Shown: positions 6,004 through 6,588 of the stretch, in pieces
Layout of the letters: each line of letters opens with the position of its first letter
Position numbering within the stretch: position 1 is the stretch's first letter
Source: Octopus sinensis
Taxonomy: Eukaryota
Reading direction: 5' to 3'
Assembly: GCF_006345805.1 (NCBI RefSeq)
Contig: NW_021829357.1
Location: 1-6,588 of the forward strand
Length of the DNA stretch: 6,588 bases
The notes under the pieces: model-generated
The model's database searches: none
The model's input: only the letters and a program-made list of their open reading frames with translations
What the model was told of the DNA's origin: nothing
Translations under genes and position numbers: made by a program

Positions 6004-6122
6004 CCTTAATATAATAATGCATCTGTGTGTATGCGTGCGTGTGTGTGTGTGTGTGTGTGTGTGTTGTGTGTGTGTGTGTGTGTGTGTATGTGTGTGTGTG
6101 TGTGTATTCAAGAAAGAATTAA
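6004..6122 (+). repeat. Copy 2 of the duplicated module, containing an expanded (GT)n at 6023-6105
   Basis: CCTTAATATAATAATGCAT (6004-6022), TGTGTGTATGC (6024-6034; also 5440-5450), ATTCAAGAAAGAATTAA (6106-6122). Confidence 0.75.
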
Positions 6123-6167
6123 GTAAAACAATACAGAAATAAAAGAAACATTTAATACATCAAAATA

Positions 6168-6493
6168 TACAGGTGAGGTTGTGTGGTTAAGAAGCTTGCT
6201 TCCCAACCACATAGTTCTAGGTTCAGTCCCACTGCGTGGCACTTAGGCAAGTGTCTTCTACTATACCCTCCAAAGCCGACCAAAGCATATGTATATATGT
6301 GTGAGTGTGCCCGTGTTTGCCCCCCCCCACTATAACGTGACAATTGATGTTGATGTGTTTGCGTACCCCGTAACTTCGCGGTTCGATAAAAGAACCGGTA
6401 GAATAAATACTAGGCTTACAAAGAATAAGTCCCGGGATCAATTTCTTCGACTAAATGTGGTACTCCAGCATGGCCGCAGTCGAATGACTGAAA
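6168..6493 (+). mobile_element. CORE-like tRNA SINE, near full length, with a ~45-nt internal deletion
   Basis: Degenerate A-box region followed by B-box-like GGTTCAGTCCC (6220-6230) and CORE-like CTTAGGCAAGTGTCTT. Collinear with 1752-2087 but lacks the segment present at ~1806-1850. Confidence 0.87.
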
Positions 6494-6557
6494 TTATTTA
6501 TTTTTAAATTGAAACATCAGTGATTTTCAGTCGCTCTTTTACTATGTCAGAAGTGAT

Positions 6558-6580
6558 ATGATGATGATGATGATGATGAT
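6558..6580. repeat. (ATG)7 microsatellite
   Basis: Counted directly. Confidence 0.9.
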
Positions 6581-6588
6581 ATGTGATG

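Noticed and set aside
6521-6588. TTTTCAG (6530) or ATGTCAG (6550) as the next exon acceptor
   Set aside because: Phase-2 continuation gives an early stop or a poly-Met run from the (ATG)n repeat, not a TM4-like sequence.

Overview
Eukaryotic, AT-rich, repeat-dense genomic DNA, most likely from a coleoid cephalopod (Octopus-like; inferred from recalled SINE and mariner families, not from a database search). There is one credible host coding exon on the + strand (4426-4896, ATG at 4472). It encodes the N-terminus through TM3/ICL2 of a class A GPCR that aligns motif by motif with the prostaglandin E2 receptor EP4, and it has a canonical acceptor and donor. The rest is apparently intronic: a 5'-truncated, frameshifted antisense D,D34D mariner (3660-~4330) with one intact TIR, several tRNA-derived SINE copies in both orientations, two retroelement 3'-end remnants and many microsatellites. 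Structures these features do not explain are an 80-bp-arm hairpin (2367-2542), a 25-bp palindromic minisatellite (1451-1620), a microhomology-fused fold-back SINE (1696-2087) and a duplicated microsatellite-bracketing module (5410-5481 / 6004-6122). Most listed ORFs are spurious. I see no evidence of a new multi-gene system; the hairpin and the invertebrate EP4-like receptor are the best leads.
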